Positions 34,601 to 43,062 of a stretch of DNA of 64,000 bases are shown in pieces. The stretch's first letter is position 1; every line of letters begins with the position of its first letter. This stretch comes from Camelus dromedarius (lineage: Eukaryota). Below the pieces are notes generated by a model that was not told the origin of the DNA, ran no database searches, and was given only the letters and a program-made list of their open reading frames with translations. The position numbers and the translations under genes are program-made. The DNA lies in NCBI RefSeq assembly GCF_036321535.1, contig NC_087436.1:123010001-123074000 (forward strand). The letters are read 5' to 3'.

Positions 34601-36561
34601 GGAGAGGGACCAGGGGCACAGGCAGTGCTTCCGTGCACCGGGGGCCGTGGGAAATCCCGAGGGACCTGAAAGCATTTCAGAGCCCAGAGTGAGTTTAGGA
34701 GGGTTGCAGGGCGCATGGTCGACGGACACCAGGGAAATTCCTGTTCACCAGCAGCATGTGTGCAGGGAATCCAAGATTTAGAACAGCACCGTTTACAGTC
34801 ACTGAAAAAGGAGGAAAAAGAAGCACGTAACCTGTGACTCTCGCAGAGCACGCGCAGGACTTGTGTCCTGGAGCCACAGAGCCAAACGTGAGGAGCGGGT
34901 CAGGGAAGAAGGACCCTGGCGTGAATGGAGACGGAGGGGCTCGCGGCCCAGAAGACCCCATGTGGGGAAGGCTCTCCTGCCGTGATCTGCGGGGTCCAAA
35001 CAGTCCCCACCAGACACCCCTGAGGGGGTTCCTGCAGACACAGGCGGGCTCACTGTGGGGCTGAGTCGGGAGTCAGGGACGAGGAGTGGGGAACAGGCTG
35101 GTGGGATGGAGTGACGTGGCCAGACTCTGTCAGGACTGTGTGGTGTCTGCAGAGGGACAGACACACAGCAAGTAGGGGGTGGTACCCACCTGGCCCTGGC
35201 CGCTACGGACCGGCCAGCCGTGGGGCCACCTCGACGTGCCCACCCTGGCAGCACACCTGGAACACTGGTTTTGCGAGGGCGTGCTCTCCGTGCAGGCTGA
35301 GTACTGGGGCTGCCCCCGAAGTTCCCGTGTGACTGTCTCCCCAGGCTTGTCCGCTGCATCTGCTCCTGCAGGCGCCGGTACCAACGCAGCGCCCCCTCCC
35401 AAGGCCACCGGCTCCTGGCATGCAAGTCGGCCCCTGGCCCAGGGCACCCCACGGCCCCCGCAGGCCAAGCCAGCCCCCAAAGCCGCTGTCCCGCCGAAGC
35501 CCAGCTACAACACCAGCTTCAGTGTGATCGGCAGCCGGGAGGAGAGGGGTGTCCGCCCTCCCAGCTTTGGTGAGTCCTCCCTCTCTCTGCCCGGTGGCTT
35601 TCTGAGCTTGCTCTGAGGGGGGTTACGGTGAACCCCATCTTCTCCAGCTCGTGGTCAAGTCCTGAGAAAGGGTGTCTCCTGAGACCCAGCAGAAGCTCCT
35701 TCAGGTGGGAGTGAGTCGTTTTGCATGTGGTCTGAGGGTGACCTTCTTGTTGCCCAGACAGCACCGTCCAGGTGGCCAGGCGTGTGCTGCCTGGGGGCCG
35801 TCTCGGCCTCTGCCAGCTGTGTGCAGTGCTGGGCAGGGGCCGCCGGGCGGGGTCGGCGTCGGCGCCTCCCAGCACAGCCTCTGAGGCCCCTGCTCTTCTC
35901 CAGGTCAGAAGCCGAGGGTGTCGGAGAGCGACTTTGAAGACCTGCTGTCCGACCAGGGCTTCTCCTCCAGGGCCGACAGGAGGGGGCCCAGGACCATCGC
36001 CGAGATGAGGCGGCAGGACCAGGCCCGGGACACGGACCCGCTCAAGCTGAAGGTGGGGGCGCTCGGGCCGGGGCCGGGCTAGGGCGGGTGGCCCCAGGGT
36101 TGGTGGCACAGGCATGGGGGCGGCGGGTTCGTGTTCAGAGCTCTGCCCCGTGTGGAGCCGCTGGATGACTGGCGGGCGGTGGGGCCGGGCCCGCGTCTCC
36201 CGCAGCTCCTGGACTGGACGGAGGGCAAGGAGAGGAACATCCGGGCGCTGCTGTCCACGCTGCACACCGCGCTGTGGGATGGCGAGTGCCGCTGGACGCC
36301 CGTGGGCATGGCCGACCTGGTGACCCCCGGGCAGGTGAAGAAGCAGTACCGCCGGGCCGTGCTGGTGGTCCATCCGGACAAGGTGGGCACGGGGCCCGGG
36401 CCGAGCCCAGGGCGGGTCCTGGGTTCAGGCCCAGCACCCTCACCCACTCCGTCCCGCAGGCCCGGGGGCAGCCCTACGAGCAGTACGCCAGGATGATCTT
36501 CATGGAGCTGAACGAAGCCTGGGCCGAGTTCGAGAGCCAGGGCTCCCGGCCCCTCTTCTAA
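1517..36561 (+). CDS. GAK: GAK, cyclin G-associated kinase (auxilin-2); 5'-partial spliced CDS of 24 exons (human exon 5-28 equivalents). Exons 1-4 lie upstream of the window.
   Basis: Joined exons give 3470 nt in one frame. They encode a NAK-family kinase ([17 protein letters not shown]), a PTEN-like domain (HCMDGRAAS), a C2 domain, a DLL/DPF-rich clathrin/adaptor-binding region and a J-domain (HPD) ending GSRPLF*. All introns are GT-AG with consistent phases. Confidence 0.98.
2108..2305 (-). mobile_element. Ancient L1 (L1M-type) ORF2 3' fragment
   Basis: AT-rich island with antisense-L1 phrases (ttttcctgattaac...gagcattt; tgtgttgcaaatatcttctccc). Recognised from memory. Confidence 0.6.
2535..2594. 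repeat. 14-bp minisatellite (GCCCTCCCCAGGTT), 4 copies, one expanded to C13
   Basis: Units at 2535, 2549, 2563 and 2581, read directly. Confidence 0.9.
2953..2989. repeat. Compound (GC)n(GT)13 microsatellite
   Basis: 37 nt of uninterrupted purine-pyrimidine alternation. Confidence 0.95.
3997..4431. mobile_element. Tigger1-derived non-autonomous DNA transposon (internally deleted)
   Basis: Termini CAGGCAT... and ...gaggtttgCCTG followed by TA. Internal matches to both Tigger1 ends (gccttcagtgagtcg; aagtttgaaatattgcgaga). Confidence 0.8.
5153..5278 (+). CDS. GAK: GAK exon 6 equivalent (DFG motif)
   Basis: tgcag| ... GAG|gtgagt; 126 nt; [22 protein letters not shown]...EEE. Confidence 0.97.
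5405..5540 (-). mobile_element. L1 (L1MA/L1MB-like) 3' end fragment, with the preceding poly-T as its likely tail
   Basis: taacataaaatttactatcttaaccatttttaag...ttcacat..ttgtgcaac...ccatccgtctccagaacttttt. Confidence 0.8.
7783..7872 (+). CDS. GAK: GAK exon 7 equivalent
   Basis: ttcag| ... TGG|gtgagg; 90 nt; [30 protein letters not shown]. Confidence 0.97.
7912..7933 (+). repeat. Poly-G tract (G22)
   Basis: Direct read; begins 40 nt into the intron after exon 7. Confidence 0.9.
9138..9273 (+). CDS. GAK: GAK exon 8 equivalent
   Basis: tgcag| ... C|gtaagt; 136 nt; [32 protein letters not shown]... Confidence 0.97.
9521..9633 (+). CDS. GAK: GAK exon 9 equivalent
   Basis: cacag| ... GAG|gtaggc; 113 nt; [37 protein letters not shown]. 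Confidence 0.96.
11023..11095 (+). CDS. GAK: GAK exon 10 equivalent (linker)
   Basis: tgcag| ... G|gtgagc; 73 nt; [24 protein letters not shown]; phases fit the neighbouring exons. Confidence 0.92.
12721..12844 (+). CDS. GAK: GAK exon 11 equivalent
   Basis: tgcag| ... AA|gtgagt; 124 nt; [40 protein letters not shown]. Confidence 0.96.
16580..17170 (+). mobile_element. Highly decayed L1 ORF2 fragment (L1ME-like)
   Basis: A-rich island with ttaatctatattcattgcaat...gattctgatcttaaatttatgtatgaa, similar to the L1 ORF2 C-terminal half. Confidence 0.55.
17200..19330 (-). mobile_element. Old L1 (L1MC/L1MD-like) ORF1 and ORF2-start remnant
   Basis: Antisense L1 phrases (gtttagaccattggtgtttaaagtg; gaaagtctttattt; ggagaagtcggatgt). 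Minus-strand peptide ...[12 protein letters not shown]... resembles L1 ORF1p. Confidence 0.65.
18205..18356 (+). mobile_element. Short cetartiodactyl-type L1 3' UTR tail nested in the older antisense L1
   Basis: aacaacaaggacctgccgtatggcacagggaactacattcaat...caactacacttcaattaaaa plus an A-rich tail; similar to 62440-62606 in this window. Confidence 0.8.
19698..19747 (+). CDS. GAK: GAK exon 12 equivalent
   Basis: tccag| ... G|gtatgt; 50 nt; [16 protein letters not shown]. Confidence 0.96.
20292..20440 (+). CDS. GAK: GAK exon 13 equivalent (PTEN-like domain)
   Basis: ttcag| ... CGG|gtgagc; 149 nt; [49 protein letters not shown]. Confidence 0.96.
20963..21085 (+). CDS. GAK: GAK exon 14 equivalent
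   Basis: cgcag| ... ATG|gtgagc; 123 nt; [41 protein letters not shown]. Confidence 0.97.
21853..21986 (+). CDS. GAK: GAK exon 15 equivalent
   Basis: cctag| ... AG|gtatgg; 134 nt; [45 protein letters not shown]. Confidence 0.97.
23285..24615 (+). mobile_element. Decayed L1 pieces (ORF1-like ~23290-23450; ORF2-like ~24320-24615)
   Basis: gctgagaatttcccccaatt; gtcagagaggaagtctcaaagga...tattttgaaccaaatgaa...ggaaagtttgcagcactaaat. Confidence 0.5.
24715..24909 (+). CDS. GAK: GAK exon 16 equivalent (start of C2 domain)
   Basis: cgcag| ... AG|gtgggc; 195 nt; [20 protein letters not shown]...TSQEYDRM. Confidence 0.97.
25178..25295 (+). CDS. GAK: GAK exon 17 equivalent
   Basis: tccag| ... AAG|gtgagc; 118 nt; [39 protein letters not shown]. 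Confidence 0.97.
25531..25610 (+). CDS. GAK: GAK exon 18 equivalent
   Basis: cgcag| ... AA|gtatgt; 80 nt; [26 protein letters not shown]. Confidence 0.97.
26385..26760 (+). mobile_element. Decayed L1 ORF1-region fragment
   Basis: gaagattttattaaactgatgaaagacatcaa... ([11 protein letters not shown], like ORF1p ENFPxLMKDI). Confidence 0.5.
28712..28905 (+). CDS. GAK: GAK exon 19 equivalent
   Basis: tgcag| ... G|gtaaga; 194 nt; [26 protein letters not shown]...QQDILSKF. Confidence 0.97.
29531..29674 (+). CDS. GAK: GAK exon 20 equivalent
   Basis: tgcag| ... G|gtaggc; 144 nt; [15 protein letters not shown]...FLHTLDWR. Confidence 0.94.
29780..30196 (+). CDS. GAK: GAK exon 21 equivalent (low-complexity region with DLL motifs)
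   Basis: ttcag| ... G|gtaggt; 417 nt; ...[10 protein letters not shown]...[10 protein letters not shown]... Confidence 0.92.
30430..30603 (+). CDS. GAK: GAK exon 22 equivalent
   Basis: cacag| ... G|gtaagt; 174 nt; [11 protein letters not shown]...[11 protein letters not shown]...NFLHL. Confidence 0.95.
31197..31313 (+). CDS. GAK: GAK exon 23 equivalent
   Basis: tccag| ... G|gtacga; 117 nt; [38 protein letters not shown]. Confidence 0.94.
31565..31760 (-). mobile_element. Ancient L1 fragment
   Basis: ttttgccaatttgatagg...ctttttcctattaatttgtgagagctctttg. Confidence 0.55.
31787..32099. mobile_element. Tigger2-derived non-autonomous element
   Basis: TA followed by CAGTTGACTCTTGAACAAC terminal repeat; degenerate inverted copy ttgttcagggctggctg at the right end. 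Confidence 0.75.
32376..32492 (+). CDS. GAK: GAK exon 24 equivalent
   Basis: tccag| ... G|gtaccc; 117 nt; [38 protein letters not shown]. Confidence 0.95.
33300..34900 (+). mobile_element. Old L1 ORF2 remnant (endonuclease end through RT region, with deletions)
   Basis: aaaaactggttctttgagaatatcagtaaaattggcaaa; accaaaaccagacagagac; caccacagccaagtgggatttgttccagga. Confidence 0.75.
35345..35569 (+). CDS. GAK: GAK exon 25 equivalent
   Basis: cccag| ... G|gtgagt; 225 nt; ...[25 protein letters not shown]. Confidence 0.92.
35904..36052 (+). CDS. GAK: GAK exon 26 equivalent
   Basis: tccag| ... AAG|gtgggg; 149 nt; [49 protein letters not shown]. Confidence 0.96.
36206..36382 (+). CDS. GAK: GAK exon 27 equivalent (J-domain, HPD motif)
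   Basis: cgcag| ... AAG|gtgggc; 177 nt; [20 protein letters not shown]...[12 protein letters not shown]. Confidence 0.97.
36460..36561 (+). CDS. GAK: GAK last exon, coding part
   Basis: cgcag|; [33 protein letters not shown], then TAA at 36559-36561. Confidence 0.97.
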   Translation, partial: ARGQPYEQYARMIFMELNEAWAEFESQGSRPLF

Positions 36562-36957
36562 GTCATGCGCTGCTCGGGGCTGCGCCCGCAGCTCATAGAA
36601 TCGAAAGCTGCTGGCTGGACCACAAGGGTCGCCCTGTGGCTGTGGCAGTATGGACTGGCGTGGCCGCACCCGACATCATGCCTGCTGCCCTGGGTGGCCC
36701 GGAGCCGCCGCCATGCCTGGCGGGAGAAGGAAAGCATTCCAAAAGCTCCGAATTCTTTCTTTTTCTTTTTTGGTTCTAAAGGAAAAGTGTCGAGTCGCAC
36801 TTCTCCCACGCGTGTCCCGGTCTGTGGTTTATTCTGTTCGGTGGCCGTCACCTGAGGGCGCGTCCGCTGGGTAGACCGCGCTGCTCGGCCGTCTTCTTGA
36901 GTCCCTCGTGAATGTTTGCGTCTCCCCTGTAATCAGCCTGGTGACCAGCTGTACATA

Positions 36958-36963
36958 ATTAAA
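36958..36963 (+). terminator. GAK polyadenylation signal (ATTAAA variant), implying a ~0.42 kb 3' UTR
   Basis: First hexamer seen after the stop. It is preceded by TGTA motifs (CFIm-type) and followed by T/GT-rich sequence. Confidence 0.8.
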
Positions 36964-39900
36964 CTATTTTCTGATGACCTTCGTCTCTGACGTGCGTGAT
37001 CGTCTGACTGATCTAGGCTCTGACTGCAAAGATGTGGTGCAGTGACCCCTGCCTGGTGGAGAGGGCTCCCCATCTCCGCTGGCCTGAGCCTCCCCGGGCC
37101 CCCAGCTGGCCTCGGCAGTCTCACACAGCAGGGAGGCAGGGAGGCCAGTGCAGGGACAAGCCCTGGCTTTGGGTCTGGAGGCCAGCCTTCCCCTCGCTGG
37201 TCTGGGTGTGCCCTGGGGTCACTGCTCGTGGCTGAGGCAGCTGGGCAGATGCTGGCCCACGTGAGACTGGGCCTCCCCTGGATGCCACTGGGTCGTTCCT
37301 CCTCAGAGCATGAGGGTGTGAGGGACCTGGTCTGTTGTTCTGGAAGTTCAAAGAGTAAAGCAGCTTTCCTGAGTCATGGCCGTTGGAGAAGCAGCGGCTG
37401 CCTTGGCTACGGGGTGAGGTCCCCCTGTTCTGGGGGACGACCTGGCAGGACAGATGGCAGCAGTTACAGACTCGAGGGTTAGTCGGAAGTGACGCTCCCA
37501 GCCTCCTGCGGGTCTGTCCACCAAGCCCAAGGGCTCGTCACACTCCAGGCCGCCCAGCACTGTGCTGACCAGGCCCTGGACAGGTGGCCAGGACCTCGAC
37601 CCTCATCCCGGTGGTGACAGCGGGAAGGGCCGGGCCTCTGAGAACCCTGTGCCGTCTCTCCTTTCCGCAGAACGTCAGCCAGCTGTGTTGCCAGGTGGCT
37701 GCCACTCGCCGGTCAGATGTGCATGGTGGTCGCCATCACCTGGATCAGGACCCCCCCCCCCCCCGGGCTGGGCTCGTAGAACTGGCACCAGTGCATGTCC
37801 TCAAAAGCTCGCCGGCGGTCTGGGGAGCAGTTAGTGGAACACTGACCCCACCCCACCCCCGCCTCAGTGACCACGTTGGTCTAAGGCTCAGGCGGGGGGT
37901 GGGGTCTGTGGGTCCTGAAGTTTCAAAGGCATGGGGGCTCTAGCCTTTTGCCCTGAGGCCCCAGGACCTCGCAACCTCTGACCCTTGGGCCCAGCGCCCC
38001 CGTCCCTTGGCTGAGGTGACACTCTCTCCCCGCCGGGGAGTGCTGAATCTGGCTTTCCCCCGGTTGATGCCCCTCTGCAGAGAGCCGACTCCCCGCCAGG
38101 TATGTATCTGCTGCTATTTTTATCTTTCAATTCTTTTAAAGAATAATGAACGACCTAAATAGGTCCAAGAGTGCATGTCAAAGTTGCTCTGGATCCCGGC
38201 TGAGGGCCAGGCAGCCCTGGGGATGCTGGCGGGGCCCTGCAGGGGCTGCAGGCGCACACGCGTCCCCTGGGTCTCTGGTGTGGCACACCCTCTGCCATCC
38301 CCACCGGTTCTGATTTTCTGTCTTGGTGGGACAATGGCCGCCCCGGTGGCTCCATCCCTACAGGCCACACCCCAGCTCCAAGGACCACGCGTGTCCCCTC
38401 CAGGGAGCCCCTGGGGGCCCAGGGAACGACCACAGTGGCCACAGACTGGCTGCACAGCTGACCCCAACCCTGTCACATAGGGGGCGCGGTCCTGGGGGCG
38501 CTGCTCAGCAGAGGTCCGTCTGGAAACAGGCTCAGATGAGTGACCCGGCACAGGACATGTCTGAGAGGCTGCGCTGGCCTGCAGTTGGTGACTGGTTCTT
38601 GGAATACGGCCCCTGGGGCAGAAGGCAGGCTCCCAGGAGGTGAAAGGCTGGGCTCTCTGGACCAAGCGCTCCAGGAGCCGAGGAGAGGGGAGAAGGGGGA
38701 GGGGAGGGGCCGCTCCCACCGGGCAGGAGGTTTTTTTGAGGCTCGTCCACACTGAGGTGCCTCGGGACACGTTTGTTTCTGTAGCTACCGTGGATGTATG
38801 CCCGTCAAGTCTTCACACACGTCACATGTGCCCTGTGGCCCATGGATGCATCCTGGTCCCTGAGAGCACCATCTCAGGACCAGTAAGTCCCTGTCGGCCC
38901 CACAGGCAGATGTGGGGATCAGAGCTGCCCCTTGGGAGACCACTCCTGGGGTTCAGCCCTGCCTTTCCCAGAAGACTTTAGAACATCGCCAGCGGGAGAG
39001 GAGGGCCTGGGTCTGCCAGGCTGGGGAGAATCTGGCCGAGGGTAAGCACACAGCTGTGTCCACTTACAGACCTGCTGCAACCAGCAGAGCCCGGGAACGC
39101 CCCTCTGGGTCCTCGCTGGGGCCCCTGTGGGGCGGGCAGGAAGAGAGGGACATCAGGAAGCGGGTAGGAGACGGGGGGGGGGGGGCGACAGGCGGAGCGA
39201 TGAGCCCAGCAGGCCTGTGGCTATGGGGGAGCATGGGGTGGGCCCAGGGAGAGCTGGGCACTTGGGCTGGGTTCCTCCAGGGGTCTCACCAGGGGTGGGG
39301 GGTAGGTCTGTAGCTGAGGGGGGCAGATCCTGGACACACGGTGGGGCGCTGGGCAGCTAAGGGCCCTGGCGGAGGGTCCCGCTGCTTACAGAGGGCTTCT
39401 GCCCCAGCCCCAGGCCCTAAGTTGGGACTGTCCACTGGCCACCTGGGGTGGGGCGGGGCCTGGGTGAGATCATCTTCCGGACCCAGGCCCCCAGGATAGG
39501 AAGAGGGGGCAGGAGAGCTGGAACCCTGGTGCCCGGGGGAGGGGAGGAGCTGGCTCCGGACCCTCTGGGAAGAGAGAGGAAACAAAGGCTCGGAGGCACA
39601 CTTCGGGTGTGCCCGCTGCAGAGGCTTCCGGCTCCCACCGCGGAGTCGCTGAACTGCCCTCTTCAGCCTGACGTCCCCTGGCGTGCGAAGGCCTGGCTGC
39701 AGTGGCCTCCGTGTTCCCTGGGCAGGCCTCGGGCTCCCACTGCCCCAGAGAGGATCACGACCCAGGACAGGCTCTGAGACTGTCTTCCTTCCCCAAGGGA
39801 GCAGAGCGACATCTCTGGAGAAAATTGCTCCTTCTCATGCCTCCTGGGCCTGAAACACTCCAGCAGTACCCACATAGGCCTGCCTGCCCTCTGGGTGTCA

Positions 39901-42900
39901 CTGGATGGGAGAGGAGGGGTCGGGGGCCTCCTGGGTGGCGACTGTCGGTGTCCCTTGGGCTTTTCCCCTTGGCCTGAGTTTGAGGGGGGTGGTTCTTGAG
40001 CTTGAAGGCCACCCTCCAAGGGCCAGCTCTGCTGTCAGCCGACTCAGTCCCGCTGGACCAGTCACTGGCTGAGGGGGTCCAGGCCTGACTCACATGGACG
40101 GCACACACCCCGGGCCCAGGGCTCCCCACTGCACCCGCTTTGGAGCCTCAAGGGAGATGGGGCACAGGAGGCTCTGGGCGCTGCGTCCACCTGAAGCTGC
40201 CTGACTGCACAGCCCAGAACTCTTGGCCGGAGCAGGAGCCCTCGGGGGCCCAAGCCCCTCCTTGGGTCCTGTGTCTGCACAGGTGGCCATCCTCCATCCG
40301 GGGCCTGAGCCTGGCCTCTGACCGAGTGTCCTGTTAGAGGCCCCTGAGGCAGGTCCGGGTGGCCCTGGGAGGGTGATCAAGGCCTCTGGAGTGGGGTGGG
40401 GGTGAGGCAGAGCTGATGGGTGGGGGGCATTCACGGAGCAGGGGCACCTGGTCTGCAGCTCAGGGAGCTCCCCCCATGGGGGTCACACAACTTAGAGGGA
40501 CAGCCCCAGGGCGTTCTCGGAGAGCTGACCTAGGGCTGGGGCATGGGCAGCTGGTGGCCTGGGCACCCACCGGGCAGAGGCCTTCAGAAGCACAGCCTCC
40601 CTCAAAGTGAGAGTGTCCCTCCCCTGTGGACCCCCACGCCACCTTTTCGTGACCGAGCACTGCCCCTGCGCTCACTCAGGCTGTGTGCAGCCCCCTGCAC
40701 CCCACAGCTGCCACCGCCCCAGCAGATCCAGAGAGGAGCAGAATTCCATTCTCAGGTGTGTGAGCTCTGCTATTTTTACCCTGGGGCACGGGAGGGTGGG
40801 GGTGGATCCAGGCAGCAGCCGGGGAGGAGGTGGGGCATGGGAACCACAGTCCCCCACAGAGAGCCTCAAGGTCACCCAGACCCCTCCTCCAGCCCCCTTC
40901 TCTGGGTACCTGAAGTCACACCTTCTCCTCCACCAGCTCTGCTTGGACCTCTGTGCTGTGGGCAGTGACAAGAACTGGGACGAGGAGGGCTGGTCTGTGG
41001 CCCAGTGGGGCGGGTGCAACAGGAGGCTGGGAGTGGACAGAGGGCAGGGGTGACCATGGGCTGGGGTAGGCAGGGGGTGGGAGAGGCAGGACTGTGGGTC
41101 CCGCCAGGTGGGGGTGAGGGCCCTGTGGGGAGAGCTGCAGGAATTCTGGAGTCTGGGGTCTGAGGCAGAACAGGGGCAGACTGAGGGGAACAGGGACCAT
41201 CGCTGTGCTCTGAGCCCAGATCTTGGGCCAGCTCCTCAGGAAGGGGGTCCTCAGGGTTCCCGGGTGTTGACTGAGGGGTCCCCTTGTTTCTGGACCTTGA
41301 GGAGAAGCTCTGGGGGTGGGCAGGGCTGTGGTGGAAATGGACAGTGGGAAGTCTGTGCTTCATACATGACCCTGACTGGGCACCGTGTGTTCCAGCACCC
41401 CGGACGGGGCAGACGTCTGAGGAAATAGCAGGCCACCCCACCGTCAGAGGCCCGCGAGGACGAGCTCCCAGGCGCTGACCCTAGCCAGCAGGGCCCTACA
41501 GGCAGGACTTTCCTCGCCCACGTGGCCGGGGAAGGCCCTGGTGTCCGGGTGCACAGGGGTGACAATCTGCCCGCTCCTATGGCCGGCGGTGACCGCTTTC
41601 CATCTCTCTCTGCTCCTGCTTTTCACGTGCTGTCACCTGTCAAGTAACAAAGAAGTCCAGCTAGAATACGGCAGTGTGGGCAGTGCTGGTGCAGGAGCCA
41701 AATAACCCACGTGTTAATGACCACGTTTGTGCTCTCCGTTTCTGGGTGAGCGCAGGGCAGCAGGCCCATTTCAGCCCTTCCTGCGGGGCCAGCGGCCCCC
41801 TCGCCAGGCCCCGTGCTGGGACTGAAGAACAAGCTCAGGTGACCCTGAAGGCACTTTTGGGGCCAGAGTGGGAGGCTGCCTTGGGGCACAGGAGTGGCTG
41901 GGCCTCCACTGGACAGAGGGGACCACAGGCCCCAAGCGCCTCTGGCGGGAGTGGAGGCCCCAGGCAGGGTTTTCCAGAGAGGCTGGGTTGGGGGTGGCGC
42001 TGGAGCAAGGCAGCTGACTCCCCTCCCTGCCATCTAGAGTGACCCCTTGGGGGCTACAGAGGGGACTCGGTGGCAGGGATCTCAGCCCAGTGCCATGTGG
42101 TCTTGTTCTTCAGCACAACCCAGCTTTGGGTCAGGGCTTCCTAGCCTTAAGGAGCCAGTCTCAGGAGGGTGTGTATTTGAGAAACGTGCAGAGCCCTGGC
42201 CTGGGGCTCCAGCCTTGTCCTGCCCGCTGGCCGGGGCTGTGACCAAACACACACGCCCCAAAGCTGACCTCTCGGTGGCAAACCCTCCTGGTCTCTCCAG
42301 CACCCTGCCCCCTCCTGCTGCCTTGCCCAGCCTCCCTCCCAGCTGCCCCCCTCCCTGCCCTCCCGCCACACCCTGCCGCTACACTCCTCATTGCCTGCCT
42401 GCACCCACCTGGATCTGCAGCCCCGTGACGCTGACCGGGCTGCCCTGGCTCAACCTTTCCCTCTCAGTTCCTGCCTCTCTGGACGGCTGCAGGCTTGGGG
42501 ACTGGTCACCAGAACCCAGGTCCTCTTCTGGGGACTCACAAGGCCAGAGTCCCTACCTGAGGTGTGGCCCCAAGGTGGGGTGGAGGCCATAAACTGAGTG
42601 GCCTCCCCGTGGGACAGACCTGGCGGGAGGAGGGAGACAGTTCCAGGCCGTTCCCTTCGTGTCCTCACTCCCTGCCAAGAGCTGGCACTGTCCGCCCCAG
42701 CCCTCCTCAGGCTCCACAGCTTCCTGACCTTCCTCTCCCAGAGCCATGGTCACCCTGACCTGGGGTTGGCATAAACCTGGTCTATTTCCCCCAGTAGGGT
42801 CTGAGTCCTGGTTGGACCCCCCACCCCCACCCCTAGCCCAGGGCCTGGACAGATGTGAGAGCTGAGGTGGGGTGGCTATGTGTGTGAGGAATCTACGACA

Positions 42901-42904
42901 GGTA

Positions 42905-43062
42905 ACAACAGAGAGAGACACAGAGGGACAGAGACAGAGAGACAGAGACAGAGACCAAGAGATAAAGAGACAGAAAGGGAAACATAGAGACAGAGATGTT
43001 TATATATAGAGGAGAGAGACAGGTGATGACCCTACAGGGAGGGAGGGAGGAGAAAGACAGAG
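42905..43062. repeat. GA-rich / (GAGACA)n simple repeat
   Basis: Direct read. Confidence 0.85.

Noticed and set aside
35519..36669. Long antisense ORFs over the last GAK exons
   Set aside because: Shadow of GC3-rich GAK codons; no independent coding signal.
38471..38503. Two AGGGGGCGC/TGGGGGCGC CTCF-like cores in the intergenic region (also 10373-10391)
   Set aside because: Mismatches at the conserved 5' CCA positions; expected by chance at this GC content.
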